Assembly (NCBI GenBank): GCA_963798085.1
Contig: CAWCRS010000007.1
Span: forward strand, 736,001 to 800,000
DNA length: 64,000 bases
Reading direction: 5' to 3'
Source: an uncultured Gemmatimonadales bacterium
Lineage (GTDB): Bacteria; Gemmatimonadota; Gemmatimonadetes; Longimicrobiales; RSA9
Both the position numbers and the translations under genes were made by a program. Positions within the stretch are counted from its first letter, which is position 1. Each line of letters begins with the position of its first letter. Positions 54,386 to 64,000 of the stretch are shown piece by piece. The notes under the pieces are model-generated. The model saw only the letters and a program-made list of their open reading frames with translations. It made no database searches and was not told the origin of the DNA.

Positions 54386-56806
54386 TTAGTCCATCCGCAG
54401 TGCGATCACCGGATCCACGCGCAGCGCCCGCCTTGCCGGGAGCATCGTGGCGGCGAGTGCGATCACGAGCATCAGCAAAGCGGCGCCGGCCAGGACCCAG
54501 GGATTGGTAGTACTGGTTCCGGTCACGAGTGAACCGAGCACGCGTGTCAGCACGAAGGCGCCGGCCAGCCCGCCGGCCACGCCGGCAAGCGCCAGGACCA
54601 CGCCCCGCCGTGCGACCAGATCGAGCACGCTCTGCCGCTCGGCGCCCAGCGCCATGCGGATGCCGATCTCGCGCGTGCGCTGCGACACGGCGTACGCGAT
54701 GCTGCCATAGATGCCCATGGCCGCGAGCAGCAGCCCGAACCCGGCGAAGAAGTCGAGCACGAGGGCATTGAACCGTTGCGGCAGCAGCCGGTCGCCCAGA
54801 CGCTGTTCCTCGGACCGGAAAGGATCGGCCGGTTGGTCCATGGCCTGACGGACGGCCGTTTCCGCTGCGGCGAACAGCTCGGGCCGCGGCACTGACACGC
54901 GCATTTCCAGTGTCGCAGCCGTGTGATAGAGTTTCGCCTGCGCAAAGGGGCGGTAGATCGTTGGCGAAGGTCGGCTCGTCTGGCTGCGACGTTCCGCATT
55001 CGCCACCACACCGATCACGGTCAGCAGTTCGCCGGCGGCGCCGCTATCGCCCACGAGCAGGGTCCGGCCGAGCCCATCCTGTCCCGGCCAGAAGGCGGCG
55101 GCCGTGGCCTGATTCACGAGCGCAACGAGCGGTTCGCCGCGGCCGTCCTGATCCGTGAAGGTGCGGCCGCGCAGGAGCGTGATGCGGCGCGTGGCGAAGT
55201 AGGCCGGATCGACGGCCTTCACGTCCGGTACTAACAGATCTGTTTGGGAACTCGCGGGCTCGGCCGGCCGCACGATCGTGGGATGAACGGCCGACTGATA
55301 GACCAGAATCGCCGACTCGACGCCGGGAACCATGGCCAGCCGCGTACGTGCCGCTTCCGCGGCCGGCTTCCACGCCGCCGCATTCGACGCCTGACCCGGT
55401 GCCCCGAACAGGTAGGTGTCGTACAGGCCGTGCGGATCGTAGCCGAGATCGAGATAGCGCAGCGCCAGGAAATTCGCGCTCAGCAGGCCCGCAGCGGTCA
55501 GCAGCACGAGGCCCAGCGCGATCTGTGCCGCAATCAGCACCTGCAATGTGCGCGCCGCGCGTACGCCGCCACCCGCCGAGGCGCGCTCGCGCAGGCTCCC
55601 GATCAGGTTCGCGTGCCCGCCGCGCAATGCCGGTAACAGCGCGGCGCCAATGCCGGCGAGCAGCGAGACGGTGGCGGCAAACGCGAGCACGCGAGGATCG
55701 ACCGCGACCCGAAATCCCGCGCTCTCGGTCGCGAACCAGCGCGCCGCGAAGCGCACGCCCCAGAGCGAAAGCAGCACACCCGCGCCGCCGCCGGCAAGGC
55801 CGATGCAGCTGCCTTCCACAATGCGCTGGCGCAGCAGCCGCATGCGACTCGCGCCGAGCGCGCTGCGCGTCGCGAATTCGTGCTGGCGTGCGGCCGCCCG
55901 CGCCAGCAGCAGCCCGGCCACGTTGAACAGGGCAATGAACAGCACGAGGGTGGTGATGGCGAACAGCACGAAGCGTCCGCTGCCGGCGCCCCAGCCCAGC
56001 ACTTCGCGCAGTGGCTTCACGCTCGCGTGCCAGCCCCGGTACGCATCGGGCCAGGCGACGGCCAGGCGCGCTTCGATGCCCGCGAGCTCCGTGTTAGCCA
56101 GAGCGCTGGACACGCCCGGTCGCAGCCGACCGACTGCAGTCAGCAGCCGGCTGGCGCGCGCCGATGCGGCATCCAGCCGGCGAGGCATCCAGAACGGCCG
56201 GTCTGCCATGAACCGGAACTCCCGGGGCAGAACGCCGGTAACGGTCACCGGCTGCGCGTGGGCGCCGCCGGCCCCGGCCGTGAGTAGCTGGCTGCCCACG
56301 ACGTTCCGATCGCCACCGAAGCGTGTCTGCCAGAAATTCCAGGACAACAGCACCACCGGCGCGGCGCCCGGCATGGTATCCGCGGCAACGAACTCGCGAC
56401 CCAGCAGCGGGCGCACGCCGAGCATGCGGAAGAAGCCGGGCGTGACCTCGTACGCACTCTGCGCTTCGATCACATCATCGTGGGCCCAGGAGAATCCGCC
56501 GCTCACGACCGCGCCTGTCGCTTCATAGGATCGCGCATTCGCGAACCAGTCGGCCGCGGTGGCCGCGGAGGTCAGGAAGCCACAGCGTGAGCAGATCGGG
56601 TGGTCGGGTGGCGTGACTTCCGCGAGCCAGACCAGGCGACTCGCATCAGCGTAGGGCAGGGGCCGGAAATCAAGCGCGTCGATCACACTGAACACGGTGG
56701 TCGTGGAACCAATGCCGAATCCCAGCGACAGCACCGCAACCGCCGTGAATCCCGGATTCCGTCGCAGCGCGCGCAGTGCGAAGCGCACGTCCTGATGCAG
56801 TCTCAT
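54386..56806 (-). CDS. ADOP-type duplicated orphan ABC permease
   Basis: QDVRFALRALRRNPGF, QRTREIGIRMALGA and VDPVIALR. Confidence 0.9.
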   Translation of the reverse strand: MRLHQDVRFALRALRRNPGFTAVAVLSLGFGIGSTTTVFSVIDALDFRPLPYADASRLVWLAEVTPPDHPICSRCGFLTSAATAADWFANARSYEATGAVVSGGFSWAHDDVIEAQSAYEVTPGFFRMLGVRPLLGREFVAADTMPGAAPVVLLSWNFWQTRFGGDRNVVGSQLLTAGAGGAHAQPVTVTGVLPREFRFMADRPFWMPRRLDAASARASRLLTAVGRLRPGVSSALANTELAGIEARLAVAWPDAYRGWHASVKPLREVLGWGAGSGRFVLFAITTLVLFIALFNVAGLLLARAAARQHEFATRSALGASRMRLLRQRIVEGSCIGLAGGGAGVLLSLWGVRFAARWFATESAGFRVAVDPRVLAFAATVSLLAGIGAALLPALRGGHANLIGSLRERASAGGGVRAARTLQVLIAAQIALGLVLLTAAGLLSANFLALRYLDLGYDPHGLYDTYLFGAPGQASNAAAWKPAAEAARTRLAMVPGVESAILVYQSAVHPTIVRPAEPASSQTDLLVPDVKAVDPAYFATRRITLLRGRTFTDQDGRGEPLVALVNQATAAAFWPGQDGLGRTLLVGDSGAAGELLTVIGVVANAERRSQTSRPSPTIYRPFAQAKLYHTAATLEMRVSVPRPELFAAAETAVRQAMDQPADPFRSEEQRLGDRLLPQRFNALVLDFFAGFGLLLAAMGIYGSIAYAVSQRTREIGIRMALGAERQSVLDLVARRGVVLALAGVAGGLAGAFVLTRVLGSLVTGTSTTNPWVLAGAALLMLVIALAATMLPARRALRVDPVIALRMD

Positions 56807-57014
56807 GGCCAGAGTTCCTCGATGGGGTGATGCGTACGGAGTCGGGTCGCGCCCGCAGGGACCGATATTGCGTTGCGCCGCGGGGCCTGTCAAAATCGGC
56901 GATCGCGCGCGGCCGGATCGCCGGTCTCACGCCTGCGCGCAGCCATCCGGAGCCGCAGGCCGCGATAGTGTCACCGTGTTAGTCGAGCGGACCCCGGAGC
57001 TACGAGGAGGCCAT

Positions 57015-58286
57015 GTGACGGGACGCATTGAAACGCGGCTCCTGCTGCTGGCGTCAATCGCCTGTGCGCCCGCGTGCGGCCGTGCGGATTCCACCGGCAC
57101 CTGGCGCGGCACCATCGAAACGCTGCCCAATCAAGTGGTGCGCGTGACCAATCCGCGCGAGGGTCTGTGGACGGCGCAGTCGCACTGGCAGCTGCAGCCG
57201 GAACTCACGCTGGGCAGCACCGAGGGCGCCGGCGCGGACGTCTTCGCATCCATCTCCGGGCTGCAGGTGGGCGCTGATGGGCACATTTACGTGCTCGACC
57301 GCCAGGCCGACGAGCTCCGCATCTTCAATGGTGAGGGCAAACACATCCGCACGGTGGGGAGGCCCGGTGAAGGGCCGGGCGAATACAAGGCGGCAAACGG
57401 GCTGTTATGGCTGGCGCCGGACACGCTGGTGGTGGTGGACCAGCAGGGTGAGCGCTACAGCATGCTGACGTCCGCAGGTGATTACGTCCGGGCCGTGCCT
57501 CGCCGGCTCGGCTTCTACGGCTGGGTCATGGCCGGCGGCATGGAGCGGAACCGCGTCTACGAAGTATCCAGCCTGGGCGACACTGAAAGCAATTTGCGCT
57601 CCATGCTGCTCGGCACGGCGCTGCGCTCAACGGGCGCGCTCGCGACCGCTCGCGGCGCGGCCGTTGAAGGTGGCGCCGCTGTGCCGCTGGAACGTGCGAG
57701 TGACACCATTTTTCTGGCGAAGCCCGCTGCGCCGATCTACGAATCGTACAGCATCCGCACGGCGCGTGGCGGCATGGTTCTGGGTGTGCCCTTCACCGGC
57801 CAACCGGTATGGTTTCTCGACGGCGCGGGCCACCTCTGGCACGGACACGGCAGCGTGCCGCGCATCTACCGCTTCAGTCTCGGCGGGGACACGCTCACCG
57901 AGATCCGTCTGGACACGGAGCCGTTCCCGGTCACGGCCGCCGAGATCGCGAGCTACGCGGCGAGTCCCATGATCAAACGGTTCAAGGAACTGGGTGGCAA
58001 CTTCGATCCCGACCGCATCCCGAAGACCAGACCGTATTTCAATGACATCATTGTGGGCGACGATGGCTTCATCTGGCTGAGCGTGCCCGCGGCCGGCCAT
58101 AACACGGTATTCAATGTGCTCGACGCGGATGGCCGCTATCTGGGCAGGCTGCAGATCGAGGGTACCACACGCGAGCCCTACATCCACCCCGTCCTGCGCA
58201 ACGACCGCCTCTACTTCGTGGGCCGCGACGAGCTGGACGTGCAGCGCGTCCATGTCGAGAAAATCGTGAAGCCGGCGCGCAGCTGA
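57015..58286 (+). CDS. 6-bladed beta-propeller lipoprotein
   Basis: RBS gaggagg; Cys-containing signal; IYVLDRQ, GRPGEGPGEY, DELDVQRV. Confidence 0.78.
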   Translation: MTGRIETRLLLLASIACAPACGRADSTGTWRGTIETLPNQVVRVTNPREGLWTAQSHWQLQPELTLGSTEGAGADVFASISGLQVGADGHIYVLDRQADELRIFNGEGKHIRTVGRPGEGPGEYKAANGLLWLAPDTLVVVDQQGERYSMLTSAGDYVRAVPRRLGFYGWVMAGGMERNRVYEVSSLGDTESNLRSMLLGTALRSTGALATARGAAVEGGAAVPLERASDTIFLAKPAAPIYESYSIRTARGGMVLGVPFTGQPVWFLDGAGHLWHGHGSVPRIYRFSLGGDTLTEIRLDTEPFPVTAAEIASYAASPMIKRFKELGGNFDPDRIPKTRPYFNDIIVGDDGFIWLSVPAAGHNTVFNVLDADGRYLGRLQIEGTTREPYIHPVLRNDRLYFVGRDELDVQRVHVEKIVKPARS

Positions 58287-58323
58287 GCGTGCGCCGGCCC
58301 CAGTCCTTTGCAGGCCTCGGGAA

Positions 58324-60720
58324 TCAGGGGCGTTCCAGACGAGACCGCAGCAGGTCCTGCACCAGGGCGGGGTTGGCGCGGCCGCCCGTACGGCTCATCA
58401 CCTGGCCCACGAAGAATCCCAGCAGGCCGCTGCGGCCGCCGCGGTAATCCGCGGCTTTGCCGGGATTCGCCGACACCACTTCCTCGACCAGCGGTGCCAG
58501 TGCGCCTGCATCGCTGATCTGCCGCAGCCCCATGCGCTCGACCAGCGCGGCGGGCGAGCCGCCGTGCTTCGCCATTTCCGCGAGCACATCGCGGCCCGCG
58601 CTCCCGGACAGTGTGCCATCCTCGACCAGGGCGACCAGTGCAGCCAGGGCTTCGCCGCCGAACGGCAGCTCTTCCAGCGTGCGGCCCTTCAGCTCGCGGG
58701 GCAGCTCGTTGATGATCCAGCGCGCCAGCGCGCCCGGCCCGGCGGCCGGCCCTTTCCACGCGCTCACGGCACGGTCGTAGAAGGCGGACGTTGCGGCGTC
58801 GCGTGACAACAGATCCGCTTCCCCGGCGCTCAGGCCGGCGCGCTCCACATAATCGCGATAACGGGCCATTAGCGCGGGCGACTTGTCACGCACCGTTGCC
58901 GGCGTTTTCTCGAGCGTCGCCGCGGATGCGCTGCGCGCCGCCGCGGTCTCGTGTGGCTTGGCGCGCCGCGGCCGTCCCGGCGACTCCGCACCCCGGCCGG
59001 CCACCCGCTTCTTCCAGGTGTCGCGCAGAGTCACCGTGCGATTGAAGACCAGCGAGCCCCGCTTCGAGTCGAGCGCGTCGCTGACGAAGTAGCCCAGGCG
59101 CTCGAACTGGTAATGACTGCCGGGCGCATCGCGGGCCACGCCTGGCTCAATGCGCGCATCCGACACGGTCACCAGGGACGCGGGATTCAGCTTCTCAATG
59201 AAGTCGCCATCGGCTTCGGGATCGGGCGCCGTGAACAGGCGGTCGTAGAGGCGAACTTCGCAGGGCAGCGAATGCTCGGCGGAGACCCAGTGGAGCGTGC
59301 CCTTGATGATGCGTCCGTCCGGCGTCGCGCCGCCGCGCGTGTCCAGGTCACACGTGCAGCGCAGCTCGACCACTGTGCCTGCGGCATCCTTCACGACTTC
59401 ATCGCAGCGAATCACGTAGGCATAGCGCAGTCGCACTTCGCGGCCCGGCGCGAGGCGGTAGAAGTCGCGCGGCGGATCCTCCATGAAGTCGTCGCGTTCA
59501 ATGTACAGCACACGCGAGAACGGCAGCGGCCGCGACCCGGTGTGTGGCACATCGTGCGGCCAGCTGGGCGCGTCCAGCAGCTCGGTACGGTCTTCGGGCC
59601 AGTTGCTCAGCACCACGCGCAGCGGGCGCAGCACGCACAGGACGCGCGGCGCCCGCCCGTTCAGGTCCTCGCGCATGGCGAACTCGAGCTTGGCAATGTC
59701 TACACGGCTGTTCGTCTTGGCCACGCCGATCAGGTCGCAGAAGGCGCGAATGGATTCCGGTGTCACGCCCCGCCGGCGCAGTCCCGCAATGGTGGGCAGG
59801 CGAGGATCGTCCCAGCCGCTCACCAGGCCGCGCTCCACCAGCTGCAGCAGCTTGCGCTTGCTCATGATCGTGTAATCCAGCTCGAGGCGCGCGAACTCGG
59901 TCTGGTACGGGCGACACTTCACGTCCGTGTTCTCGACCACCCAGTCGTACAGCTCGCGGTTGTTCTCGAACTCGAGTGTACACAGGGAGTGGGTCACGCA
60001 CTCAATGGCGTCTTCCAGCGGGTGAGCGTAGTCGTACAGCGGGTAGATGCACCAGGCATCGCCGCGGCGGTAGTGGCTGGCGTGGCGGATGCGGTAGAGG
60101 ATGGGATCACGCATCAGCATGTTAGGCGAAGCCAGGTCAATGCGGGCACGCAGCACGTGCGCGCCATCGGGAAACTCGCCCGCGCGCATGCGGCGCAGCA
60201 GATCGAGATTCTCGGCCACGGACCGGTCGCGGTACTGCGTCGCCCGGCCCGGCTCGGTCACGGTGCCCCTCGCCGCGCGGATCGCGTCTTCGCTCGAGCT
60301 GTCGACGTAGGCCAGCCCCTTCTGCACCAGGCCCTCGGCCAGGCGATAGAACTCCTCGAAGTAGTCGGAAGCGAAGTAGAGGTGTTCGCCCCAGTCGAAA
60401 CCCAGCCAGCGCACGTCGCGCTCGATGGCCTCGACGTACTCGACATCCTCCGTCTCCGGGTTGGTGTCATCCATGCGCAGATGACAGCGTCCGCCGGACT
60501 CCTGCGCTACGCCGAAATCCAGACAGATGGCCTTGGCGTGACCAATGTGCAGGTAGCCGTTCGGCTCGGGCGGGAAGCGTGTGATCACGCGACCGCCAAA
60601 CTTGCCGGTGGCGTGATCCTGGGCGATCATGGCGCGAACGAAATCCGTGCCCGCACGCTCCGACGCGTGCGCCGTTGCCAATGCCTGACGCGTGCGGCCC
60701 TCGTGATTCCCGTGTGTCAT
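58324..60720 (-). CDS. glnS: Glutaminyl-tRNA synthetase with C-terminal YqeY-like domain
   Basis: TRFPPEPNGYLHIGH, MSKRK, WDDPR, QFERLGYF; tail GFFVGQVMSRTGGRANP. Confidence 0.95.
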   Translation of the reverse strand: MTHGNHEGRTRQALATAHASERAGTDFVRAMIAQDHATGKFGGRVITRFPPEPNGYLHIGHAKAICLDFGVAQESGGRCHLRMDDTNPETEDVEYVEAIERDVRWLGFDWGEHLYFASDYFEEFYRLAEGLVQKGLAYVDSSSEDAIRAARGTVTEPGRATQYRDRSVAENLDLLRRMRAGEFPDGAHVLRARIDLASPNMLMRDPILYRIRHASHYRRGDAWCIYPLYDYAHPLEDAIECVTHSLCTLEFENNRELYDWVVENTDVKCRPYQTEFARLELDYTIMSKRKLLQLVERGLVSGWDDPRLPTIAGLRRRGVTPESIRAFCDLIGVAKTNSRVDIAKLEFAMREDLNGRAPRVLCVLRPLRVVLSNWPEDRTELLDAPSWPHDVPHTGSRPLPFSRVLYIERDDFMEDPPRDFYRLAPGREVRLRYAYVIRCDEVVKDAAGTVVELRCTCDLDTRGGATPDGRIIKGTLHWVSAEHSLPCEVRLYDRLFTAPDPEADGDFIEKLNPASLVTVSDARIEPGVARDAPGSHYQFERLGYFVSDALDSKRGSLVFNRTVTLRDTWKKRVAGRGAESPGRPRRAKPHETAAARSASAATLEKTPATVRDKSPALMARYRDYVERAGLSAGEADLLSRDAATSAFYDRAVSAWKGPAAGPGALARWIINELPRELKGRTLEELPFGGEALAALVALVEDGTLSGSAGRDVLAEMAKHGGSPAALVERMGLRQISDAGALAPLVEEVVSANPGKAADYRGGRSGLLGFFVGQVMSRTGGRANPALVQDLLRSRLERP

Positions 60721-61021
60721 TGCTGACTCGTTGCGCGGAAAGGTTGTGACCGGTCGCGGCCGGCGCCCCTGCCGCCCCTGCGGCGGAAGGTGCAAGGTAG
60801 CATGCCGCGCGCGCGGGCCGCGAGGCGTCCCTGCCGTGGAGATACCCGCGAGCGACCGGCAGATCCGTTCCCGCGCGCGTCGCCGGGGATGCGATGGCCG
60901 CGGTGTGTAAGGCAGGGTCAGGGATGCGCGACGGCGCGCGCAGCCCCATCTTTCCGGCGCCGGGACCGGCGGCCAGTCGGGCGCGGGGATATCAGGTCAG
61001 GAACTGTCAGGCGAGCGGTGG

Positions 61022-62377
61022 ATGAGCGATAACAGTACGAGCGCGCTGAACCGGACCGGGTTGCAGGTGCTGCTGAGCAAGGTTGTCGACGTACGCCCGC
61101 ACGAGGTGGGCGCGCTGCTGGTCTCCTGCGCCTACTTCTTCTTCATCCTGACCAGCTATTACATCATCCGCCCGATCCGCGACCAGATGGGCGTGGCCGC
61201 GGGCGTGCAGAATCTGCCCTGGCTGTTCACGGGCACGATGCTCTCGATGCTGCTGCTGAACCCGCCGTTCGCGAAGCTGGTCGCGCGCTTTCCCCGCAAG
61301 CGGTTCATTCCCTACACGTACCGCTTCTTCATGCTCAACCTGCTCCTCTTCTTCGTGCTGCTGCGCACCCTGCGCGGGCCGGAGGCGGTGTGGCTGGGGC
61401 GTGCGTTCTACATCTGGGTCAGCGTCTTCAATCTTTTCGTGGTGTCCGTCTTCTGGGCGTTCATGACGGACATCTTCCGCAATGAACAGAGCAAGCGCCT
61501 GTTCGGGTTCATCGGTGTGGGCGGCACGCTGGGCGCCATCTTCGGCGCTTCCATCACCGCATTGCTGGCGCGCATCTTCTCGACGACCAACCTGCTGCTC
61601 GTGGCGGTGGTCTTCATCGAAGTGGCGGTGCAGTGCGTGCGCTGGCTGGGCCGACTGGTGAGCGACGCGGCCGGGCGCACCACACAGGCGGTCCCGGGCG
61701 AGCGGCCCATCGGCGGCAGCGCGCTGGCCGGGCTGACGCACCTGCTCCGTTCGCCCTACCTGATGGGCATCTGCCTGTACATGCTGGTGTTCACCATTGG
61801 CTCGACGTTCCTCTACTTCCAGCAGGCCACCATCGTCTCGCAGGCGGTGCACGGTCGGGATGCGCAGACCGCGCTGTTCGCGAAGATCGACCTGATGGTG
61901 AACGTGCTCACGGCGATCATCCAGGTGCTCTTCACGGCGAGGCTGGTCAAGCGCTTCGGCGTCGGCGTGACGCTGGCGATCGTGCCGCTGCTCTCCGTCT
62001 TCGGCTTTCTCGGTCTCGCCATGGTGCCGACACTGAGCGTCGTCATCGCGTTCCAGGTGGCCAGACGGGCTGGCAACTTTGCCGTGGCCCGCCCCATCCG
62101 CGAGGTGCTCTTCACCGTCATTCCGCGCGAAGACAAGTACAAGGCGAAGAGCTTCATCGACACCTTCGTGTATCGCGCCGGTGATCAGGTGGGCGCCTGG
62201 TCGTATGCGCTGATGGGCTTGCTCGGCCTGGGCGTAGCCGGCATTTCGCTCGTGGCCGCCCCCATCTCCGTAGTCTGGTTCCTGCTCAGCCTGTGGCTGG
62301 GGCGGCGCCAGGCCGAGCTGGCGGAAGGCCAGGACGCGGGACCGACACGGCCTCTGGCCGAGCCGGCTCTGGCATGA
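61022..62377 (+). CDS. NTT/Npt1-like (TLC-family) nucleotide transporter homologue
   Basis: YYIIRPIRD, FWAFMTDIF...KRLFGFI and KYKAKSFIDTFVYRAGD. Confidence 0.85.
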   Translation: MSDNSTSALNRTGLQVLLSKVVDVRPHEVGALLVSCAYFFFILTSYYIIRPIRDQMGVAAGVQNLPWLFTGTMLSMLLLNPPFAKLVARFPRKRFIPYTYRFFMLNLLLFFVLLRTLRGPEAVWLGRAFYIWVSVFNLFVVSVFWAFMTDIFRNEQSKRLFGFIGVGGTLGAIFGASITALLARIFSTTNLLLVAVVFIEVAVQCVRWLGRLVSDAAGRTTQAVPGERPIGGSALAGLTHLLRSPYLMGICLYMLVFTIGSTFLYFQQATIVSQAVHGRDAQTALFAKIDLMVNVLTAIIQVLFTARLVKRFGVGVTLAIVPLLSVFGFLGLAMVPTLSVVIAFQVARRAGNFAVARPIREVLFTVIPREDKYKAKSFIDTFVYRAGDQVGAWSYALMGLLGLGVAGISLVAAPISVVWFLLSLWLGRRQAELAEGQDAGPTRPLAEPALA

Positions 62378-62447
62378 AGAGGCACAATCCGCGACGTTGG
62401 ACGCGTAGTCGACAAACAGCGCGTTTGGTGCGCAAAGGGAACCGATA

Positions 62448-62894
62448 ATGATGAAGGACTCGAATCAGGAGCGCCCCGGGCTCGCCCTCAAGATCGGCAT
62501 TGCCGGCGCGATCGGACTGGGCGCCGTGGTGAGCGGCCTGCTCATCTCACGCCGCGGCCGCCGTCTCGTGCGTGAAGCCTGGGAAGGCCGCCGCCGCACA
62601 CGCATCGAGGATCGCGTGCTGGATGCCCTCTGGGGTGACGACGTGGTGGGCCGGCGCAACTTCGATGTGAAGGAAGCCGAAGGCGGTGTGATCGTGCTCT
62701 CCGGCGTGGTGCGCAGCCGGCGCGAGCTGATGCGGGCCCTGCGCATTGCGGAGAAAGTGAAAGACGTGCAGGGGGTCGAAGACCGCCTGGTGATCGAGCG
62801 CATGCCCCGCCCGGAGCGCAACCGCCTGCGCCCGCTGGCCCGGGCCGCCCGTCGCCGGTTCCGTCATGCCACGGACGAGGAAGGCGACGAGTAG
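62448..62894 (+). CDS. BON-domain membrane-anchored protein
   Basis: N-terminal TM, then FDVKEAEGGVIVLSGVV...AEKVKDVQGVEDRL. Confidence 0.75.
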   Translation: MMKDSNQERPGLALKIGIAGAIGLGAVVSGLLISRRGRRLVREAWEGRRRTRIEDRVLDALWGDDVVGRRNFDVKEAEGGVIVLSGVVRSRRELMRALRIAEKVKDVQGVEDRLVIERMPRPERNRLRPLARAARRRFRHATDEEGDE

Positions 62895-63186
62895 CACTCG
62901 GACCACCTTGGCGTTCTTGGCTTTCGGCCGGTCCGGCTATGCGTAGCGGGTCCGCCTGAGGCCGTAGCGGCCCAGAATCACGGCCGGAGTGGGGCTACAA
63001 TGGTCCTCTGGAGCGCGTACCCACGAACGCCAAGACGGTCCGAAGCGACATATCGTCTCCCACGCGCATGCATTCCCCGCCTTCTGGCCCGACCCGCCAG
63101 CCACCACCCCCACAATGAGACAGCGCGCAGTGCGCATCGGCCATCCCGCGGCCGGCTGGCCTGATCGCTCGACTTGCCGGACGGCG

Positions 63187-64000
63187 TCAGCTCCCCGCTA
63201 ACGCGAAGAGCAGGTCGACGTACGCCTTCTCAATGCCGGCGAGGCCCGCGACCTGCGAACCCGGGGCGGGGCGGATCAGCATGTACTCGTTGGGAGCGTG
63301 CGCGCCCGAGCCGTGGCCCAGGCCGGAGAAGACCAGCGGCAGGCCCAGGCGCTCCGTGAACTGATAGAAGGGAGCGCTGCCCGCCAGCCGGGGCGAGACC
63401 GTGGGCGTGTGGCCATACTTGTTGAACACGCTGATGGCCGCGTGCACGAGTGGTGCGTCGACGGATGTCTGCGCCGCCGGATAACCCGCGAGTTGACGAA
63501 TCACAATGTCGTCGAAGCCGTTGCTGTCGAGATGGCGCCGGATCATCGCGAGTGCGCTGTCAGCGCGCAGACCCGGTGGCAGACGCGAGTCGACCTTGGC
63601 GGTGACCTTGTGCGGCACGATCGTCTTGCTGCCTTCACCGGTGTAGCCGCCCCAGATGCCGTCGAATGTTCAGTGTGGGATCGTAGAGGTACTTCATGAT
63701 GGCGGCGCGGCCGGTCACGCCATCGATCCAGTGGTCCACCGCGAACGACTGCTGCTGCCGCTTGTCGTCCCAGTGATCCACCATGCTGTTGATGAGCCGT
63801 TGCTCCTCGGGTGTGGGCGGGCGCACACCATCGTAGTAGCCGGGCACCGTGATGGTGTTGCCGTCCTTCGATGTGAGCGTCGCGAGGGCCTGCACGAGGC
63901 GCAGCGCGGGTGCATCCACGATGGCCTTGTACGACCCGTGGATCTCCGCGTTGCGCGGTCCGCCCTTCGGTCCGCCCGCCGCTTCCATTTCCATGTACAG
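63187..64000 (-). CDS. M20-family metallopeptidase, partial (5' end outside window), with a +1 frameshift near 63665
   Basis: IHGS, TVPGYYD, PTLN(I)DGIWGGYTGEGSKTIVP, AGSAP and AHAPNE. Confidence 0.85.

Noticed and set aside
54135..54392. GC-rich stretch with small palindrome ctaacg-aca-cgttag, resembling attC core sites
   Set aside because: Too short for attC and overlaps the permease stop; likely ordinary intergenic DNA between convergent genes.
62895..63186. Intergenic region checked for tRNA, riboswitch or sRNA
   Set aside because: No recognisable cloverleaf, T-loop or riboswitch consensus.

Overview
High-GC bacterial chromosomal window. The orphan duplicated permeases with PadR partners, 'DSAGV'-type beta-propeller lipoproteins and GlnRS-YqeY fusion suggest a Gemmatimonadota/Acidobacteriota-like host (inference). 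I saw no rRNA, tRNA or CRISPR array. The centrepiece is a tightly coupled four-gene operon (17527-26728): an AddB-like nuclease, an AddA-like helicase-nuclease with a C-terminal DUF4186-like fusion, and two PafB/PafC-like WYL regulators. It is preceded by a TGTCAC-N10-CATCAT promoter motif with the architecture of the mycobacterial PafBC (RecA-NDp) promoter. The same motif recurs upstream of a convergent vWA gene (36414-36436). Between pafC and the vWA gene lies an 8.4 kb accessory block bounded by 72-bp diverged inverted repeats. Inside it, an apparent IS110 left end with a decayed transposase and a putative IS110 right end bracket a partly lower-GC cargo. The cargo comprises a frameshifted Zn-deaminase, a C80/caspase-like protease, a PD-(D/E)xK nuclease, an IS630 with a catalytic D-to-N change, a membrane protein and a ThsB-like TIR relic. 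The rest is housekeeping and accessory genes: USP, amidase, an HtrA-like protease pair with a LuxR regulator, ABC transporter, MgtA, five ADOP permeases (three with PadR), SDR, amidohydrolase, RlmL-like methyltransferase, GH26-like lipoprotein, PPi-type PFK, CGNR regulator, ABM-PpnP fusion, CsaA, GlnRS, an NTT-like transporter, a BON protein and an M20 peptidase. Seven genes show single +1 insertions in short homopolymers, probably sequencing errors. All family assignments are from motif recognition by eye; no searches were run.
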